Positions 60,759 through 64,000 of a DNA stretch of 64,000 nucleotides are shown here, in pieces; the stretch's first letter is position 1; each line of letters opens with the position of its first letter. The position numbers and the translations under genes were made by a program. This DNA is from an uncultured virus (IMG/VR IMGVR_UViG_3300046742_000152) (lineage: Duplodnaviria; Heunggongvirae; Uroviricota; Caudoviricetes), in the IMG/VR virus record IMGVR_UViG_3300046742_000152, positions 1 to 64,000 of that record. The stretch is one strand, 5' to 3'. The notes under the pieces were generated by a model, which saw only the letters and a list, made by a program, of their open reading frames with translations, was not told the origin of the DNA and made no database searches.

Positions 60759-61082
60759 TTATCTAAGAGATTTTAGAACTGAGATAATATATTCAATATT
60801 ATCATAAGAAATTTTTTCAACATTAAGATTTGATCTTGATTGACCGATTAAAAACCCATCTTCATTTTCAAAATCTCGTATCAAGTATGATATGAAATCA
60901 TGAGCCCCGTATTGCTTTAACCAATTCCAGTACATAGTTCTAGTTCCTTGCTTGCATTTTAATAAAACATCGTCAAAAATATACGTCTTTGCGTATAGAG
61001 TAACATCTCTAAAAGGATAAATTTGACTAGGCGGCTCACATAAATTAGATTCAATAATGAGTTTCACATAGAATGTATACAC
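60759..61082 (-). CDS. hypothetical protein
   Basis: ORF; true start may be GTG 61067. Confidence 0.65.
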   Translation of the reverse strand: MYTFYVKLIIESNLCEPPSQIYPFRDVTLYAKTYIFDDVLLKCKQGTRTMYWNWLKQYGAHDFISYLIRDFENEDGFLIGQSRSNLNVEKISYDNIEYIISVLKSLR

Positions 61083-61085
61083 AAA

Positions 61086-62150
61086 CTATAAATCAAAACT
61101 ATCTTTTTGAGTATTAAATTTTGGACAACCTTCGTAATGCATTTTTTCTAAATATTCCCCCACACTGTCATCTGGTGATAATTTATGCTCTTCACCTTCT
61201 TTGGCGGTTTTAATTATATTACCATCCGAATCTTTCAGGGCAAAAAAATCAAAAGGAAACTTATAATTACAATGCCACATAGGTGTTCCATCTTTTTTAA
61301 GTTGACCTGGCTGTTTAGCAAATCCGCAAGATAGCGGACCAGAGAAACTCTTGTCTTCGGGGTATGGCTGGTCTGCAGCAAAATTAGAGCAAGCAGTGTT
61401 ATAATTAAAGTTATCTAGATAAGATTGAATTTCTGTTAAGTGATACTCAAATCCATCAAGCTCATTAAGTGACATGGGTTCCATTTTTAGTACACCCTCT
61501 CCGTCTAAACCTAATAAATCAGATTCTAAATCAAATTTTAAAAAAAGGAATTCTGTTTGAAGCTCTTCGCAGTTGGGGTACATTTTTTTAACTGCCAAAC
61601 AATAAATTAAATTTTGTAAATTATTAGTAATTTCTTTTCCAACATAAACTTTTTTACTAGTTTTAAAATCCCTAATAACAGCTCTCTTACCTTTATCGTA
61701 CAAAAATAACTTATCTATAAAACCATATATATAATAATGTTTGTCACCATCATCGATCTCGATGTCAAAAGTTTTTTCCGATAAAGCTTCAAAAGGTTTT
61801 TCGTTTGAATCTCCGTAAAAATCATGATTTAAGCCATTCACAATGAAAGCGTCGATCATATCTAAATCTTCCGCAGAATTAACTGGAGGATCTTGTAGTC
61901 GAGCTTGAGTCTCAACTAATTTTAATACTGCTTTTGAGCCCGAGATAGAATTTTGTTTTATAATATTATTATAATGCTTTTTATGTCTATCTTTACCTAG
62001 GTATTCAAATATATTATGACACACACTACCTTTAGAAGCTCCTGAATTAGATGAATCTGGGATTTGATTGATATATTTGCACCAATAAACCCACGAGCAC
62101 TTTTCTACCGTGGAAATTCTACTCGCTGATAATCTAACTTTCTTACTCAT
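61086..62150 (-). CDS. PD-(D/E)XK (Cas4/RecB-like) exonuclease
   Basis: LSASRI..C, GSVCH..E, GFIDKL, IRDFKT, Q..IY, C-terminal Cys cluster. Confidence 0.85.
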   Translation of the reverse strand: MSKKVRLSASRISTVEKCSWVYWCKYINQIPDSSNSGASKGSVCHNIFEYLGKDRHKKHYNNIIKQNSISGSKAVLKLVETQARLQDPPVNSAEDLDMIDAFIVNGLNHDFYGDSNEKPFEALSEKTFDIEIDDGDKHYYIYGFIDKLFLYDKGKRAVIRDFKTSKKVYVGKEITNNLQNLIYCLAVKKMYPNCEELQTEFLFLKFDLESDLLGLDGEGVLKMEPMSLNELDGFEYHLTEIQSYLDNFNYNTACSNFAADQPYPEDKSFSGPLSCGFAKQPGQLKKDGTPMWHCNYKFPFDFFALKDSDGNIIKTAKEGEEHKLSPDDSVGEYLEKMHYEGCPKFNTQKDSFDL

Positions 62151-63204
62151 ATTCAGACAAATATTTTATATTATTAAATAAATTTTTCGATAAAATCTTA
62201 TTAGAAAAAAGTTTTTTAGAATAGTTCAAAACTTGATTGCATATTTTTTTATGAGAAGCGTAATTAATTTCTTTTTTAATTAACCAATTATCAAAATCTG
62301 CAGCATTCATATCTCCAAAATCATTTTTAGTAGGTAAGCATATTCTTATTTTTTCAGCAGAGAAATAGCTTAAAAGCTTTAAAAATAATTTAATCGCAGA
62401 CTCTTTTCCGATATTTCTAGATTTCTGATTGTCGTTGTTCAATGAGATGCATATGTTTTTAGGATTTAACCCCATGATAATAGAGCATAAATGAGGGGAC
62501 AAAGAAGTTCCAAACGTCACCAAGCAATTTTTAAAACCTCGCTCGTATAGAGAAAGCATGTCGCCAACACTCTCCACTAAAATAATTTCTTTGGATTCTT
62601 GAATGCTATTTAAAATCGGAAAAGAATTAGTAAGGCGATCAAAATTATATAATGGATAAGCCCATGAACTTTTCTTTCCCATGTGCTTCCATTTTGGTCT
62701 ATTGCTAGATTGCGACATGTCTCTACCAGCAACCCCATGAATTTTTTGAAATTTATTAAAAATAGGAAAAACATATCTTTGGTACATTGCACCCGCAGTA
62801 CACATTCCTGAATTAAAAAAATTTAAAGTTTCATCGCTGATACCTTTGTTGTTGTAGAATTTATAATGAGGAAGTAGATTCTCAAACTCTTTAGAATTAA
62901 AAGTAGTCTCAGATTTTAAATGCGAAGATATTTTATTATTTTCAATTCTATCACTGAGATTAGTATTGGATAAAATTTCTTTAGCCGCAGAACTTCCAAC
63001 AGTTTTCTCGATTAAAACTGAGAAAGGCATGTAAGAGTCACCCGTGACATAATCTTTCCAAACTCCACTACCTTTAAAAATTTGAACAGCCTGAGGGTTG
63101 TCGCCACCTCGGTAAACAGCTGTTGATTGCCAGTATTCCCCGCGATCAAGAAGCGGATACTCTAAGTCTCTTAAAACACTTTCAATTTGTTGAGGATTGT
63201 TCAT
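62143..63204 (-). CDS. dnaG: DNA primase (TOPRIM)
   Basis: RYVFPI, GVAGR, PKW, IILVES..D, FGT, DFGD; upstream neighbour is the helicase. Confidence 0.82.
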   Translation of the reverse strand: MNNPQQIESVLRDLEYPLLDRGEYWQSTAVYRGGDNPQAVQIFKGSGVWKDYVTGDSYMPFSVLIEKTVGSSAAKEILSNTNLSDRIENNKISSHLKSETTFNSKEFENLLPHYKFYNNKGISDETLNFFNSGMCTAGAMYQRYVFPIFNKFQKIHGVAGRDMSQSSNRPKWKHMGKKSSWAYPLYNFDRLTNSFPILNSIQESKEIILVESVGDMLSLYERGFKNCLVTFGTSLSPHLCSIIMGLNPKNICISLNNDNQKSRNIGKESAIKLFLKLLSYFSAEKIRICLPTKNDFGDMNAADFDNWLIKKEINYASHKKICNQVLNYSKKLFSNKILSKNLFNNIKYLSEYE

Positions 63205-63999
63205 TTAAATTGGCAGCTCTCCATCTTGAGAATTTGGGGAAGTGTCTAAAGTATTAATAGTTTGACCTTGCTCAAGCAAGTCTACCAAATCACCACAATC
63301 TTTTATTTTAAAGTTATTAAAATCAAGGTTGATATAGTTTTTTTTCATTGACCCATCAGGCATTTCTACTAAATTTTGCAAACGAGCAGTATCAGAGCCA
63401 TGATTTCTAGCTTTTTCAATTTTCATAATATGCCTACCGCAAAAAACTGGATCAGACTGTAATTCATCAATAGTTTTATTGCGTAAGATCAGCATGTGAG
63501 AACAAAATTGTTTTATTCTGTGACTTAAAGATATTACGCTTTCGTCATCTACTACTGCATCTGAATTTCTGTTGCCAACTGTTCCAATTCTATTGGCTTG
63601 CACACTGGTCATTAAAGAAACCATAGGTCTTCCTTCAAAAACAAGATCTCTTTGAATTAATTTTTTGAATTTGTCTACCATTTCCCCTACAATTTGATAC
63701 TCAGTTTTAAATTTACTAGTAGACTCAAAACTTGATTTAATATAATCAAAATTAATAATTAATTGGTTACCCCTGCCTATTTGAGAATAATAATATCTTT
63801 TTATATAAGAGATAATTTCATCCGTGCATTTTCCACCAACGTTATAATAATCATATATAATATCTCCATTACTAATCTTAGTTAAGGCAGATTCTACGCG
63901 TGGTTTTAAATTTGAATCATCTGCCCAGTCGCCACTTTCAATTAAATAAAGAGGGACATTTGAATAAGAGGCTAACATTCTAAATGCAATTTCTTCTTC
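63205..63999 (-). CDS. dnaB: DnaB-like replicative helicase (5'-truncated by window)
   Basis: EEEIAFRMLA, NFDYIK, SVQANR, S..IKQ, KARN. Confidence 0.85.
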   Translation of the reverse strand, partial: EEEIAFRMLASYSNVPLYLIESGDWADDSNLKPRVESALTKISNGDIIYDYYNVGGKCTDEIISYIKRYYYSQIGRGNQLIINFDYIKSSFESTSKFKTEYQIVGEMVDKFKKLIQRDLVFEGRPMVSLMTSVQANRIGTVGNRNSDAVVDDESVISLSHRIKQFCSHMLILRNKTIDELQSDPVFCGRHIMKIEKARNHGSDTARLQNLVEMPDGSMKKNYINLDFNNFKIKDCGDLVDLLEQGQTINTLDTSPNSQDGELPI

Positions 64000-64000
64000 G

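Noticed and set aside
61086..62150. Cas4-like nuclease as evidence of CRISPR-Cas
   Set aside because: No repeat-spacer array or other cas genes were seen; the replication context fits a solo phage nuclease

Overview
The window is a segment of a large AT-rich lytic dsDNA bacteriophage (myovirus/jumbo-type gene content). Nearly all genes are on the minus strand, and no virion structural genes are recognisable. Positions 1-24 kb hold rIIB/rIIA and about 60 small early-type ORFs with dense sigma70-type promoters, plus tRNA-Cys, MazG, a macrodomain, UvsE, a RuvB-like ATPase and an HNH nuclease. Positions 24-34 kb hold a cysteine-less QueF homologue, an ATE/Bpt-like aminoacyl transferase, SpeD, tRNA-Thr, thioredoxin, an ECF sigma factor and an SF2-like ATPase. 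Positions 34-45 kb form a glycan-modification island with LhgO and an outer-membrane beta-barrel. Positions 45-64 kb hold a second sigma-like protein, a Fis-HTH protein, a plus-strand APS-kinase/nucleotidyltransferase-HAD-PPase operon, a Tat-exported DUF1501 protein, tmRNA, ClpC, a DnaE split over three genes, a Cas4-like nuclease, primase and a partial DnaB. The host is inferred to be PVC/Verrucomicrobiota. The most striking sequence-level signals are: (1) the first ~24 kb lack CCAG/CTGG, with GCGC and GGCC also absent until ~27.6 and ~35.8 kb, suggesting a restriction-site-purged first-entry region; (2) widespread leaderless genes; (3) a second promoter motif, GTGTA, placed 14 nt before start codons; (4) a phage protein-tagging/degradation toolkit (tmRNA + ClpC + ATE-like). 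All calls come from manual reading and motif recall; no database searches were run.
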